Origin: Polyangiales bacterium
GTDB lineage: Bacteria; Myxococcota_A; Polyangia; Polyangiales; Polyangiaceae
Direction: 5' to 3'
DNA: 64,000 nt
NCBI GenBank assembly: GCA_038231275.1
Contig: JBBRLQ010000028.1
Coordinates: forward strand, 32,001 to 96,000
Under the pieces are notes generated by a model. That model was given only the letters and a program-made list of their open reading frames with translations, searched no databases and was not told the origin of the DNA. Shown piece after piece: positions 9,418-21,055 of the stretch. The position numbers and the translations under genes are program-made. The number at the start of each line of letters is the position of its first letter. Position 1 is the stretch's first letter.

Positions 9418-9683
9418 ACAGTGCGCGCGCGAAAATTTTTGCCGTGGACGGAGCGGCACGGCGGCGCGATGCCCGCGACCCCCGAAGGAGGTCGATTTGT
9501 GCTCCAAAGACCTACATTGACCCTGATGCAGCCCCGTCTCGCGCGACACGCCGACGATCCATCGGCGTTTTAGGGTGTTCTGTGGTGAGAACGGAAACCT
9601 CCGCGGGGGCAAGATCTCGACGAATTCCGCGATGTTCATTCGCGTGCTCGACGTGGAGGCCGTTTCCCCGCTTTAATCGTCCC

Positions 9684-10547
9684 ATGCGGGTGCGCCTCCT
9701 CTTGATCGCGACGGCGACGTTCGCGATCGCGCCCGTGGTCTTCGCGCAGGCCCCCGTCGACGACGGCGCCGAGGAGCCGGATCCGCCTTCCGCTCCCACG
9801 CCTCCGCCCGCTCCGACGAGCACGGGCTCGGCGCCTGCGGGTCACACGGGGCTTCCCACGCGCGGAGGAATGATTCGACTCCCGGGCGGCCGCTTCACGA
9901 TCGGGAGCGCGGATCGAGGCACCGCGCCGAACGAGCGGCCGCCGCACGCCGTGAGCGTCGCGCCGTTCTGGATCGACAAGATCGAGGTGAGCGTCGGCGG
10001 GTACCGCGCGTGCGTCGACGCACGCTCTTGCGCGGCGCCGTCGCGAGCGAGCGCGAGCTGCACGTACGACCTCGGCGATCCCGAGCTGCCCGTATCGTGC
10101 GTGCATTGGAAGGACGCTGACGCGTACTGCCGCGCGCAAGGCAAGCGTCTGCCGCGCGAGGCGGAGTGGGAGTTCGCGGCGCGCGGAAACCTGCGCGTGC
10201 GTTATCCGTTCGGCAACGCATCCCACTGCGGCGTCGCGGTGACATTGCTCCACGAGTCGACGGGGCGAAGCTGCGGCGGCACGCGCCCCGCGCGCGTCGG
10301 CGCCCACCCCGGCGGGGCGAGCCAATTTGGCGTGCTCGATCTCGCGGGCAACGTCGAGGAGTGGACGGCGGACTGGTACGTCGAGAGCCTCGCCGAAGGG
10401 GCCGCACCGCGCGCCGGCGCGAGCCACGTGCTGCGTGGCGGCGGGTGGCTCTCTCCGCCCTCGATGGCGCGGACGACGGCGCGCAACTGGGGCTCGAGCG
10501 TCGAAGCGGGGCCCAACGTGGGCTTTCGCTGCGCGAAGGATGCATGA
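9684..10547 (+). CDS. Secreted formylglycine-generating enzyme (SUMF1/FGE-sulfatase) fold protein
   Basis: Signal peptide; FWIDKIEV, RLPREAEWEFAARG, DLAGNVEEW, RGGGW, GFRCA; lacks the catalytic Cys pair. Confidence 0.9.
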   Translation: MRVRLLLIATATFAIAPVVFAQAPVDDGAEEPDPPSAPTPPPAPTSTGSAPAGHTGLPTRGGMIRLPGGRFTIGSADRGTAPNERPPHAVSVAPFWIDKIEVSVGGYRACVDARSCAAPSRASASCTYDLGDPELPVSCVHWKDADAYCRAQGKRLPREAEWEFAARGNLRVRYPFGNASHCGVAVTLLHESTGRSCGGTRPARVGAHPGGASQFGVLDLAGNVEEWTADWYVESLAEGAAPRAGASHVLRGGGWLSPPSMARTTARNWGSSVEAGPNVGFRCAKDA

Positions 10548-13111
10548 TGCAACCGTCTCCCAACTTGATCGCGGGGAGGTACGAGCTCGGCGAGCGGATC
10601 GCGCGCGGGGAGCACACCGTGGTGCACGCGGCGCGCTTGGTGTCGCTCCAGACGTCGGTAGCGATCAAGTTCCTCGACCCTCAGCTCGCGAGCAACGCCG
10701 ACGCGTGCGCGCGCTTCTTCCACGGCGCCCGCGTCACCGCGCGGCTCGCAGGCTTGCGCGTGATGTCGGTGCTCGACGTCGGCTCGGCGGAGAACGGCGT
10801 CCCCTTCATCGTCATGGAGCGCGTCAGCGGCGAGACGTTGCGCGCGAGGGTCCAGCGGCTGCGCGCGGTGCCCCTCGGAGAGCTCGTGTCGATCGTGCGC
10901 GACGTCGGGAGCACGCTCGACGCGATGCACGCGCAGGGTCTCTTGCACCAAGACGTGAAGCCCGACGACGTCTTCCTCGTGCCGAAGGACGGTCACGAGG
11001 TCGCGCTCCTCACCGGGTTCAGCTGGGCAGGACCGCCGTCCGATGCCGGTCACGGGGGGATCCTCGGGACGCCGTATTTTCTCGCGCCCGAGCGGCTCCA
11101 GGCCGGCTTCGGTACCGACGCGCGCGCGGATCTCTGGTCGCTCGGCGTCGTCACGTATTTCGCGGCGACCGGCGTGCTCCCGTTCGAGGCGCCGTCGATG
11201 CCCGAGCTCTTCGGCGCGATTCTCGAAGGGCCCATGCCGGTCCCGTCGCGCGTCGCGCCGCATCTCCCGCGCGCGTTCGATGCGTGGTTCGCGCGCGCGT
11301 GCGCCCGCGATCGTCGGGAGCGATTCCACAGCGGCGCGGAGCTCGCCGATGGGCTCGCCGCGTGCCTTCAGCACGACACGTCCGGCTTCGGCACACTCTC
11401 TCGGGCGCCGAGCTCCGAGACGCCGTGCGGCGCGTGCGGCGAGCCGATCCGCGTGCCGCCGATGGTGTTCTGCCCGAACTGCGGCGTTCGGCTCGTCGCG
11501 CAGACCGGCGCGCCTCCGCTCACCACGAACACTGCGCCCGTCCCCGCGCCGGAGTTCGGCGAGTATCCAGGTCTCAGCGCCGCGACCGCTCCGCACCTGG
11601 GAGACTTCCGCCCCTCGTCGATCCCGCCACTCGATCCCGAGCCGCAGTCGCAGCCGACGATGGCGCTGCAGACCGACGCGTACACCGTCGCGGAGATGCC
11701 TCCGGAGCCGGTGGCCGCGCGCCCACCGTCGCAGCCGACGCTCGCGGTCGACGGCGCGACCTACGACGCGTATGCGGCGCAGCTTCCGAATCCACCGACG
11801 CCTCTACCTGCTCCGCCGCCGTCGCAGCCGACGCTCGCGCTGTCACGCGTGGACTCGTACGCGCCGTCGCCGCCCCCTGCGCGTCCGCCGTCGCAGCCGA
11901 CGCTCGCGGTGGAGGTACCGGAGATCCCGGCCGCCGCCGTTCGCGCGGCGCCGGTGCCGCGGATCGAGAGGCCAGTCGCGTCGCCCCGACCGACGCCGCC
12001 GCCCATCCCTCCGCAGGCGGCTCCGCCGCAGCCCATCGCGGCACAGCCTCCGCCGCCACCCCCACCGCCACCGCCACCTCCTCCTCCCCCGCAGCAGCAC
12101 TCCGCGCCGTCGTTCGCCGTTCCGCCCGCCGCGCAATCGACGCCGGCGTTCTTGGACGCGCCGACCGATCCCTTCGGCCCTGCAGGCATTCCAGCGAGCT
12201 CCGACAAACCGTCGGCGTGGCTCTTTCGTGCGCGACTCGGCGTGTGGCGGCGCGCAGAGGTGCTCGCCGCCGGCTTCGCCGCCACCGGCGTGAACGCGCT
12301 CGCCGTCACCGCGACGCGCGTGGTCGCGACGCGCGGCGGCGCGTGGGAGGAGTTGCAGCTCGACGCGAAGATCGATCTCACGCGCGTGCGCGCCATCCGC
12401 GGCGTAGGGCACGACGCGTTCTTTCTCCTCGGCGCGGCGGGGCTCGTCTTGCGCGTCACGCTCGAAGGGGCGTGCGAGTTCTGGGGCCTGGAGCTCGACC
12501 CGGCAGCGCCGATCGCCGCGGCGGAGATCACGTTCTACGACGCGCTCCCCGAGGGCGACGGCGCGCTCTTCGTCGGCGAAAGGCCGGGCGCAGCGGGTCC
12601 CGTCGGCATCCTCGCGCGCGGGGCGCCTCGGTCGGTGCGCATCGTCGTCCCCGGCACGCCTGCCGCGCGTCTTCGGAGCATGACGCGCATCGCCGGCGGC
12701 ACAGTCGTCGCGTGCGGTGACGGCAAGCTCGTCGCCTTCGAGAAGGACGCGGTCGCAGGCGTCGCCGAGATCGCTCCGGGCGAGCTCAATCACATCGCGT
12801 CGAACGAGAACGGCGCGCTCGTGGTCGGCGCCGGGGCCTACGCGTTCGCGGTCGGGCAGAAGCTCCACGCGCAGCTCGAAGAGGTGCAGACGACGAGCGA
12901 TCTCGTCTCCCTCACCGCGTACGAGGGCGTCGGGTGGGCCGGCTCGGCGCGCGGCGCGCGTATCCTCCGGCGCACGTCGCAAGGCCTCTGGACGCGACTC
13001 ACCGGCAACCTCGGAACCGACGCCGGCGTCATCGCGCTCGCCGCGACCGAGCGCGAGGTCCGCGCCGTCCTCGACGACGGCACGCTGGTGACCGGCACGC
13101 TCGGAATCTAG
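10544..13111 (+). CDS. Degenerate Ser/Thr kinase-domain protein with Zn ribbon, Pro-rich repeats and a C-terminal beta-rich domain
   Basis: VAIK, HQDVKP, GTPYFLAPE, DLWSLG; CGAC..CPNC; poly-Pro linker. Confidence 0.88.
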   Translation: MMQPSPNLIAGRYELGERIARGEHTVVHAARLVSLQTSVAIKFLDPQLASNADACARFFHGARVTARLAGLRVMSVLDVGSAENGVPFIVMERVSGETLRARVQRLRAVPLGELVSIVRDVGSTLDAMHAQGLLHQDVKPDDVFLVPKDGHEVALLTGFSWAGPPSDAGHGGILGTPYFLAPERLQAGFGTDARADLWSLGVVTYFAATGVLPFEAPSMPELFGAILEGPMPVPSRVAPHLPRAFDAWFARACARDRRERFHSGAELADGLAACLQHDTSGFGTLSRAPSSETPCGACGEPIRVPPMVFCPNCGVRLVAQTGAPPLTTNTAPVPAPEFGEYPGLSAATAPHLGDFRPSSIPPLDPEPQSQPTMALQTDAYTVAEMPPEPVAARPPSQPTLAVDGATYDAYAAQLPNPPTPLPAPPPSQPTLALSRVDSYAPSPPPARPPSQPTLAVEVPEIPAAAVRAAPVPRIERPVASPRPTPPPIPPQAAPPQPIAAQPPPPPPPPPPPPPPPQQHSAPSFAVPPAAQSTPAFLDAPTDPFGPAGIPASSDKPSAWLFRARLGVWRRAEVLAAGFAATGVNALAVTATRVVATRGGAWEELQLDAKIDLTRVRAIRGVGHDAFFLLGAAGLVLRVTLEGACEFWGLELDPAAPIAAAEITFYDALPEGDGALFVGERPGAAGPVGILARGAPRSVRIVVPGTPAARLRSMTRIAGGTVVACGDGKLVAFEKDAVAGVAEIAPGELNHIASNENGALVVGAGAYAFAVGQKLHAQLEEVQTTSDLVSLTAYEGVGWAGSARGARILRRTSQGLWTRLTGNLGTDAGVIALAATEREVRAVLDDGTLVTGTLGI
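11641..11911 (+). repeat. Four dispersed intragenic ~27-bp repeats encoding PxSQPT(L/M)A(V/L)
   Basis: gtcgcagccgacg core at about 11647, 11728, 11821 and 11890. Confidence 0.85.
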
Positions 13112-13114
13112 CGC

Positions 13115-14479
<1,365 letters not shown>

Positions 14480-14490
14480 TGCGGACGAGA

Positions 14491-15858
14491 CTACTCCTGA
14501 ATCGTCAGCGTGAAGCATGTTCGCGCGCCCTCGCGCGCATAGACGACCTCGCCGCGGTGCGACTCGGCGACCGAGCGCGACAGGGCGAGGCCGAGGCCGG
14601 TGCCGTCGGGCTTGGTCGTGAAGAACGGCTCGAAGAGCTCGGAACGACGCGATTCGGGGACGCCTGTCCCCTCGTCGATCACACGGATCGCGGCGAGATC
14701 GCCGGTCCGCGAGAGCTCCACGAGGACGGTGCCGTCCTTGGCCGAGGCCTCGACCGCGTTACGAAGGAGATTGTCGATCGCGCGGCCCATCGCGTCGACG
14801 TCGACCGCCGCGCGCGCGTCGCCCGTGATCTCCAACGTGACGCCGCGCTCACGCGCCCACGGCGAGAGGAGGCCGACGCGCGACGTCGCCAGCGCCGCCA
14901 GATCCGTGTCCGCGCGCTCGGCGACGCGACGACCTGCGACGACGAGCAGATCCTGCACGAAGCGATTCAGGCGCCCGACTTCGCGCGAAATGTCGCCGAG
15001 ATCGCGGGCAAGGACCGGGTCGAGGCTCGCGTTCTCGAGCGCCAGATCGGCGCGCAGCTTGATCGCGGCGAGCGGATTTCGAACCTCGTGCGCCACGCCC
15101 GCGGCGACGCGCCCGAGCGCTGCGAGCCGCTCGCGAGCCGCCAGCTCGCGCGTGAGCGCCTCCTTCTGGTCCTGCGCGGCCGAGAGATCGAAGGCGAGCT
15201 GCTCGATCCCGTCGGCGATGACCGCGAGCTCACGCAACTTCGGTTTTTCGACCGTCTCGTCGAGGTTCTTCGCGACGCCGCGGAGCGACGCGCCGAGCGA
15301 GCGCGCGCCGACCTGGAACGCGCGGAGCGTGTGGAGCGACGCCGCCACGAGCAGCACGCTCACGAGCGCCAAGGCGAGGATGAGCGCGCGAAGCGGCTGC
15401 TGCGCCAGCGGCGTGCCCGCGAACGTCGCTGCCCAGACGTAGCCGCCCGACGGAAGCGCGAGGGCGCCGATGACGAGCGGTGCGCCGTCCGCCGTCGCCG
15501 CGTCGCGCACCACGACGCCGCCGCCCACCTTCGCCGCACGCGCCACCTCGGAGCGCGAAGCGATCACGACCGGGCCGAACGGCGCCGGCCCGTTCTCGTC
15601 GCCGAGCGCGTCGGTCAAGAATCCGCTCCTCAGAGCGCCGAAATCGCGTCGTCCCCGCCGCCGCGTCTCCGGCGTCGGCGCGCGCTCGAAGAGTTGAGCG
15701 AGGCGGTCCACTTCCGCGGCGACCGTCTCGTGCCCGCGCGCGATGCGCTGCTGCGTCGTCGTGGTCGCGAGGTGCAGGAGGCCCAAGATCGCACCCACCA
15801 TGCCGACCGCCGCGAGCAGCGTGACGACGAGCATTCGGGTGCGAAGGGACCAGAGCAT
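14491..15858 (-). CDS. Membrane sensor histidine kinase
   Basis: Two TMs, HAMP-like linker, AHEVRNPL, NLLRNA, DEGTG, FEPFFTTK, GTGLGL. Confidence 0.93.
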   Translation of the reverse strand: MLWSLRTRMLVVTLLAAVGMVGAILGLLHLATTTTQQRIARGHETVAAEVDRLAQLFERAPTPETRRRGRRDFGALRSGFLTDALGDENGPAPFGPVVIASRSEVARAAKVGGGVVVRDAATADGAPLVIGALALPSGGYVWAATFAGTPLAQQPLRALILALALVSVLLVAASLHTLRAFQVGARSLGASLRGVAKNLDETVEKPKLRELAVIADGIEQLAFDLSAAQDQKEALTRELAARERLAALGRVAAGVAHEVRNPLAAIKLRADLALENASLDPVLARDLGDISREVGRLNRFVQDLLVVAGRRVAERADTDLAALATSRVGLLSPWARERGVTLEITGDARAAVDVDAMGRAIDNLLRNAVEASAKDGTVLVELSRTGDLAAIRVIDEGTGVPESRRSELFEPFFTTKPDGTGLGLALSRSVAESHRGEVVYAREGARTCFTLTIQE

Positions 15859-16022
15859 CGACTCCTCGTGCCACGAAGCAAGCCCCGTGCGCGCGAAGAG
15901 TGCGAAAAGTACCGGGCGTTTTCGCCCCGGCGCGTCGCGATTCCAGACGGACGTCGCGATTCGCGACGCGCGACGCTTCGCGTGACGTCGGACCTTGGCC
16001 CAAGTTTGGGGGTGAAACGCGG

Positions 16023-16038
16023 TGGCGCGCGACTTGCT
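16023..16038 (+). promoter_or_regulatory. Putative sigma-54 promoter of the PPIase-HupE-DUF3604 operon
   Basis: TGGCGCGCGACTTGCT, near consensus; divergent from a sigma-54 activator system. Confidence 0.65.
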
Positions 16039-16050
16039 GAGGCGCGGGGA

Positions 16051-16914
16051 ATGCGTATTCCGTCGAAGCTCCGCGCGCTCGCCCAGAGCCGCCTCGCGCA
16101 GTTCTGCGTGATCGGTGCGGCCATCTTCGCGCTCGCGCCGCACGATCGCGGCCGCCGCGTCGACGTCCCGGGGGCGACCCTGGCCGCGCTCCGCTCCGCC
16201 GAGGCCCGCCGCGTCGAAGCGCCGCTCGACGATCCCAAAGCGCACGAGGTCGAGGCGCGCGCCATCGAGGACGAGATCCTCTACCGCGAGGCGCTCCGCA
16301 TGTCGCTCGACAAGGGAGATCCGCTGGTCCGGCAACGCCTCATCGAGAAGCTGCTGCTCCTCGTCGAGGACATGGGCGGGGCGTCGCGCGCGCCGACCGA
16401 CGCCGAGCTGCGGGCGTACTTCGAGGAGACGCGCGCCCAGTGGCGTCGCGCGTCGCGCGTGCATTTCGTCCACGTGTTCGCGGCACGAAAGGACGCGCTG
16501 CCACCGGAAGGCGTGCTCGACCCTGACGCGCGCGAGGCCCCGGCCGTCGGTGACGCGTTCCCCTACGCGCGCGACGTGACGGCGACGCGTGACGAGATCG
16601 GCCGCCTCTACGGGGCGGACGTGGCCGATCAGCTTGAGCGGCAAGACGGCGGGTGGAGCGCACCCGTGGCGTCATCCTTCGGGTGGCATCGCGTGCGCGT
16701 CGTCGAGAGGCTCCCCGGCGCGCCGGCGCGCTTCGAAGAGGTGAAGAAGGAGATGGAGCTCGACTTCATGCTCGCGCGTCGCGAGAAGGTGGTCGGTTCG
16801 TACCTTCGCCGCCTCGCCTCCGAGTACGACATCCGCATCGACGGCCACAAGCTCACGGGCTTCGTCCCTACGCGTCGCGTCGCGATGCGGGTCGACCCCT
16901 CGGCGGAGGACTGA
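16051..16914 (+). CDS. Parvulin/rotamase-like peptidyl-prolyl isomerase domain protein
   Basis: EDEILYREALRMSLDKGDPLVRQRL, PTDAELRAYF, WSAPVASSFGWHRV, LASEYDIRI. Confidence 0.85.
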   Translation: MRIPSKLRALAQSRLAQFCVIGAAIFALAPHDRGRRVDVPGATLAALRSAEARRVEAPLDDPKAHEVEARAIEDEILYREALRMSLDKGDPLVRQRLIEKLLLLVEDMGGASRAPTDAELRAYFEETRAQWRRASRVHFVHVFAARKDALPPEGVLDPDAREAPAVGDAFPYARDVTATRDEIGRLYGADVADQLERQDGGWSAPVASSFGWHRVRVVERLPGAPARFEEVKKEMELDFMLARREKVVGSYLRRLASEYDIRIDGHKLTGFVPTRRVAMRVDPSAED

Positions 16915-16916
16915 CC

Positions 16917-17894
16917 GTGCGTGCCTACGTTCTGAACGCGCTCTTTTTCGTGATTGTCGTCTTCGTCGTGGCGCTGCCGCGTGCGGCGCACGCGCACGGG
17001 ATGAGCACTGCGTTCCTCGAGGTGACCGAGCTGGGGCAGGGTCGAGCGCTCCTTCGGCTCACGGCGTCGACGTCGACCTCGAGCCTGGCGATCGCGCCGC
17101 CGACCGGCTGCCGCGACGAGGAGCCCGACGGCGCCGGCGTCCGTTTCGTCGCGTGCGACGGCGACCTCGAAGGACGGAGCCTCGAAGTGAAGGGCATCGG
17201 CCCGCTCGTCAGCGAAGTGGTCCTGCAAGTGACGTTCGAAGGCGGCGCCGTCGTCACGCGCGTCCTGACCGCCGACGCGCCGTCGTGGACGATCCCGCGC
17301 GCGTCTCACCGGGGCGCGCTGCTCGCCGACTACGCGCGCCTCGGCGCGGTCCACATCTTCGGCGGCGTCGACCACCTCTTGTTCCTCGCCGCACTCGCGC
17401 TCTCCGTGCGAAAGGTCCGCGCCGTCCTCCTCGCCGAGACCGCCTTCACCGCGTCGCACTCGCTCACGTTCACGGCGAGCGCGCTCGGGTGGGTGCACGT
17501 CTCGTCCGTGGCGGCGGAGGCGTGCATCGCACTGTCGCTCGTCCTCGTGGCGCTCGACGCGGCGAAGGCGGCGGCCGACGGGGTGCTCGTCCCGGCGCGC
17601 CGCGCCGCCGGGCTCGCGTTCGCGTTCGGGCTCGTGCACGGGCTCGGCTTCGCGGGGGGCCTCGCCGAGATCGGCCTGCCCGATCGCGCGGTGGGCTGGG
17701 CGCTCCTGGGCTTCGCGGGCGGCGTCGAGGTCGGCCAGGTGATCTTCCTCGTCGTCTTCGTCGCCGCCCTCGCCGCCGTGACGCGCGTTCGCGCGCTCTC
17801 ACGTGCTCCGCTCGCCGTCGCCTACGCGGTCGGCGGCGCGGGGGCGTTCCTGGTGCTCGAGAGACTGTCGGTGTTCGTCGCTCTCTTTTCGTGA
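16917..17894 (+). CDS. HupE/UreJ-family membrane protein
   Basis: AHAH signal end; HIFGGVDHLLF, AFTASHSLT, FGLVHGLGFA, GVEVGQ. Confidence 0.9.
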   Translation: MRAYVLNALFFVIVVFVVALPRAAHAHGMSTAFLEVTELGQGRALLRLTASTSTSSLAIAPPTGCRDEEPDGAGVRFVACDGDLEGRSLEVKGIGPLVSEVVLQVTFEGGAVVTRVLTADAPSWTIPRASHRGALLADYARLGAVHIFGGVDHLLFLAALALSVRKVRAVLLAETAFTASHSLTFTASALGWVHVSSVAAEACIALSLVLVALDAAKAAADGVLVPARRAAGLAFAFGLVHGLGFAGGLAEIGLPDRAVGWALLGFAGGVEVGQVIFLVVFVAALAAVTRVRALSRAPLAVAYAVGGAGAFLVLERLSVFVALFS

Positions 17895-17903
17895 GGTGAT
17901 TCG

Positions 17904-19772
17904 ATGAAGCGCGTCCTTTTTTTCTTGCCCGTTCCCATGATGCTCGTCCACGCCGTCGCGTGCGGCAGCTCGAACGACACGTCCTCGCCGCCGGCCGATG
18001 GAGGGCCCGACGCGACGACCGACACCGCGCCGCCGCCGCCGCCGGACGACTCCGGACCGCCCCAGGACGCCGGGGCCGACGTCGCGCCCGTCGCGTGCCC
18101 CGATCGAAATCCCCTCAAAAATGCCTACTTCGGCGACCTCCACGCGCACACCGCGTACTCGCTCGACGCGTACAGCTTCGCGACGCGCAACACGCCGTTC
18201 GACGCGTACGCGTTCGCTCGCGGCAAGACGCTTCAAGTCGCCGGCGCCTCACCGGACGGCGGCGGCCCGACGACGACGATCGAGCGCCCCCTCGATTTTC
18301 TCGCCATCACCGATCACAGCGAGTGGCTCGCCGCCGCGTATGGCTGCGGCACCGATCTCGCCGGCACGCCGTTCGATCCGGCGAGCCCGTACGGCGCGAG
18401 CGCGACGTGCGACGAGGTCCGAGCCACCGACACGGCCACGCAAGCCAAGGTCTTCGCGACGATGGGCGTCATCACGCGCGATCTGTGCGACGGGGGCGCG
18501 TGCATCCCGGTCGTGCAATCGGCGTGGCAGAGCGAGCAGCAGGCGGCGGCGTCGGCGTACGTCCCGTGCAAGTTCACGAGCTTCGTCGCGCAGGAATGGA
18601 CGCGCGGCCTCGCCGGCGCCACGCTCCACAAGAACGTCATTTTCGGCACCGACAAGGTCCCGCCGCAGCCGCTCGACTCCGTCGCGTACCCTTCGCAGGC
18701 CGATCTCTGGAATGGCCTCGAGTCGCAGTGCCAAGAGGACGCGGGCTGCGCGGTGATCACGGTGCCGCACAACTCGAACTTGAGCCGCGGCAGCGCGTTC
18801 CTCATGGCGCCCGGCCTCGAAGCGCTCTCCGCGAAGTACCAGCGCCTCGTCGAGGTCTTCCAGCACAAGGGAGGCAGCGAGTGCTTCTGGGACCCGACGA
18901 CCGACGCGGGATCGCGCGAGCCGGAATGCAACTTCGAGTACCTCGGCGGCGTGACCGAGCCGAACAATCCGGCGAGCTACGTGCGGAGCGCCCTCTACCG
19001 CGGCATCCAGGACGGCGGCGTGAACCCGTTCATGTTCGGCTTCATCGGCTCGAGCGACGATCACAACGGCACGCCCGGCAACACGCGTGAGGACACCTGG
19101 CCCGGCCACGCGGGGCGCCTCGACGACGCGCCCGAGAAGCGCCTCAACCCGCCGGCTGCCGGCGGCCTCGGAGTACGCGCCGGCCACAACCCCGGGGGCC
19201 TCGCGGTCGCGTGGGCCGAGCAGAACACGCGCGAGAGCATCTTCGCCGCGCTTCGCCGGCGCGAGACGTACGCCACGAGCGGCACTCGCATCCTCGTCCG
19301 CTTCTTCCAGACGTGGAGCGCCGCCGACCCGTGCGCCGATCCGAGCTTCCCTGCGCAGCTCGTCGCCGCCGGCGCGTCGTCGATGGGCGGTACGTTCGGC
19401 CCGGCGCCCGCCGGCGCGAGCGGCGGCCCGCGCTTCGTCACGTACGCGTGGAAGGACAAGACCGATCTGGCGCGCATCGACGTCGTGAAGCTCTCCTACG
19501 ACGCCGCCGGCACGCCGCACGAGACCGTGGTGCACGACGTGATCCCCGCAGGCATGGGCGGCGCGCGCTGCTTCGTCTGGCAGGACCCTGCGTTTTCTCC
19601 GGGACCAACCGTGTACTATGCACGCGTCCTCGAAGACCCGACGCCGCGCTGGTCGATGGGCGATTGCGCCAAAGCGCCGGGCGTCGATCCGGTCGCCTGC
19701 GCCGATGGCGGTGCCCTGAACATCACGATTCAGGAGCGCGCCTGGACCTCGCCGATTTGGTTCGCCCCGTGA
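17904..19772 (+). CDS. DUF3604-domain lipoprotein (PHP-like metal-binding fold)
   Basis: Lipobox AVAC; YFGDLHAHTAYSLDA, PLDFLAITDH, PHNSNLS, GSSDDH, RRETYATSG, YYARVLEDPT.RWS, IQERAWTSPIW. Confidence 0.88.
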   Translation: MKRVLFFLPVPMMLVHAVACGSSNDTSSPPADGGPDATTDTAPPPPPDDSGPPQDAGADVAPVACPDRNPLKNAYFGDLHAHTAYSLDAYSFATRNTPFDAYAFARGKTLQVAGASPDGGGPTTTIERPLDFLAITDHSEWLAAAYGCGTDLAGTPFDPASPYGASATCDEVRATDTATQAKVFATMGVITRDLCDGGACIPVVQSAWQSEQQAAASAYVPCKFTSFVAQEWTRGLAGATLHKNVIFGTDKVPPQPLDSVAYPSQADLWNGLESQCQEDAGCAVITVPHNSNLSRGSAFLMAPGLEALSAKYQRLVEVFQHKGGSECFWDPTTDAGSREPECNFEYLGGVTEPNNPASYVRSALYRGIQDGGVNPFMFGFIGSSDDHNGTPGNTREDTWPGHAGRLDDAPEKRLNPPAAGGLGVRAGHNPGGLAVAWAEQNTRESIFAALRRRETYATSGTRILVRFFQTWSAADPCADPSFPAQLVAAGASSMGGTFGPAPAGASGGPRFVTYAWKDKTDLARIDVVKLSYDAAGTPHETVVHDVIPAGMGGARCFVWQDPAFSPGPTVYYARVLEDPTPRWSMGDCAKAPGVDPVACADGGALNITIQERAWTSPIWFAP

Positions 19773-19779
19773 TCCTGGA

Positions 19780-20988
19780 TCACGCCGCCGCGTTTGCCGC
19801 GCGCGGGACGGCGAAGCGCCGGTAGACGACCATCGCCAGCGCGAAGGCCAGACCCAGCGCCGCGTAGATCGACCACACGAGCGTCGGCTGGCGCTCGCCG
19901 ACCTCCGGCAGGTACGCCGCGATGAGCCGCCCCGACGCCTGCCCGCCCACCCACGCGCCGATCGCGAACGGCACGAAGGCCAGCCCCATGTACATCCCCG
20001 CCTTGCCGCTCGGCGCGAAGCTCGCGAGGTAGTCGTAGAACCGCGGCGAGAAGCACATCTCCGAGAACGCGAAGATCGCCCCGCTCATGCAGGCGCCGAG
20101 CATCCCGGGCACGACGCCCATCACGAGCATCGACGCGCTTCCGAGCAGCATGCCGAGGATCATGCCGGTCACCGGGTGCAGCCCCCGCGTCGCGCGCAGC
20201 ACCACGCCCTGGAAGAGCGCGATCAGCGCAGGGTTGATGAGCGTGATGAGCTCCAGGGGCGCGCTCTTGTCGATGTGGCGCGTCACGTACTTCGGGAACG
20301 TCATGTAGAACTGCTCGGCCATGAAGTAGAAGCCCGCGAAGACGACGAGCGCCACCGCGAAGCGCGCGTTCTTGAGCGCCGTGCCATACCCCGCGAGCAG
20401 CTTCCCCATCGGCTCCGGCGTACTCTTCCCGCGCGTCGGCTCCTCGTACGCCGCCGCCGCGAGCCCGAGCGCGATCAAGCTGCCGACGACCGACGTGATG
20501 AGCACGTGCCGGATGGACACGATCACGCGCACGCCGTACGCGAGCGTCTTGCCGGTGACGCTGCCGGCGTTGATCATCCGGTAGAAGATCGCGAAGCCCT
20601 CGTCCTGCCGTCCCTCCGGCGACGTGCGCACGACGGTGCCCGTGATGACGGGCTTCATGAACCCGCCGGCGACGCCGATGCACATGAGCGCGATCGCCGC
20701 CGTCGCCGGGGCGGGGTAGAGGTAGAGCCCGCCGTACCCGATCGCGAAGAGCGAGAAGGCGATGAGCAGGCTCTTCTTGAAGTTGATGCGATCGGCGATC
20801 GCCCCGCACGGGATCGGCGCAAGCGCGCTGACGAGGCGAAAATTCCCGAGCAGCGAGCCGGTGTCCTTGTCGCCAAGGCCGACCACCTTCGACAGGTACA
20901 GGCTGAGGCCCACGTACATGCCGTAGAAGGCCAGGCGCTCGAAGAGCTCGATCGCGTTGGCGACGTAGAACGTTCGCGGGAACTTCAC
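19780..20988 (-). CDS. MFS transporter, POT/PTR (di/tripeptide) type
   Basis: ELFERLAFYG (ExxER) motif, FYRMINAG, about 12 TMs. Confidence 0.88.
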   Translation of the reverse strand: MKFPRTFYVANAIELFERLAFYGMYVGLSLYLSKVVGLGDKDTGSLLGNFRLVSALAPIPCGAIADRINFKKSLLIAFSLFAIGYGGLYLYPAPATAAIALMCIGVAGGFMKPVITGTVVRTSPEGRQDEGFAIFYRMINAGSVTGKTLAYGVRVIVSIRHVLITSVVGSLIALGLAAAAYEEPTRGKSTPEPMGKLLAGYGTALKNARFAVALVVFAGFYFMAEQFYMTFPKYVTRHIDKSAPLELITLINPALIALFQGVVLRATRGLHPVTGMILGMLLGSASMLVMGVVPGMLGACMSGAIFAFSEMCFSPRFYDYLASFAPSGKAGMYMGLAFVPFAIGAWVGGQASGRLIAAYLPEVGERQPTLVWSIYAALGLAFALAMVVYRRFAVPRAANAAA

Positions 20989-21055
20989 GGGCGACCGAGT
21001 CTAGATCATCCCGCGGCACGATCGATTCGATCGCGCCCGCGCGTTCGGCGTTCGA

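Noticed and set aside
9684..10547. FGE-fold protein as a sulfatase-activating or peptide-modifying enzyme
   Set aside because: It lacks the catalytic Cys pair after RGG, has a signal peptide and is operonic with the kinase-like gene.
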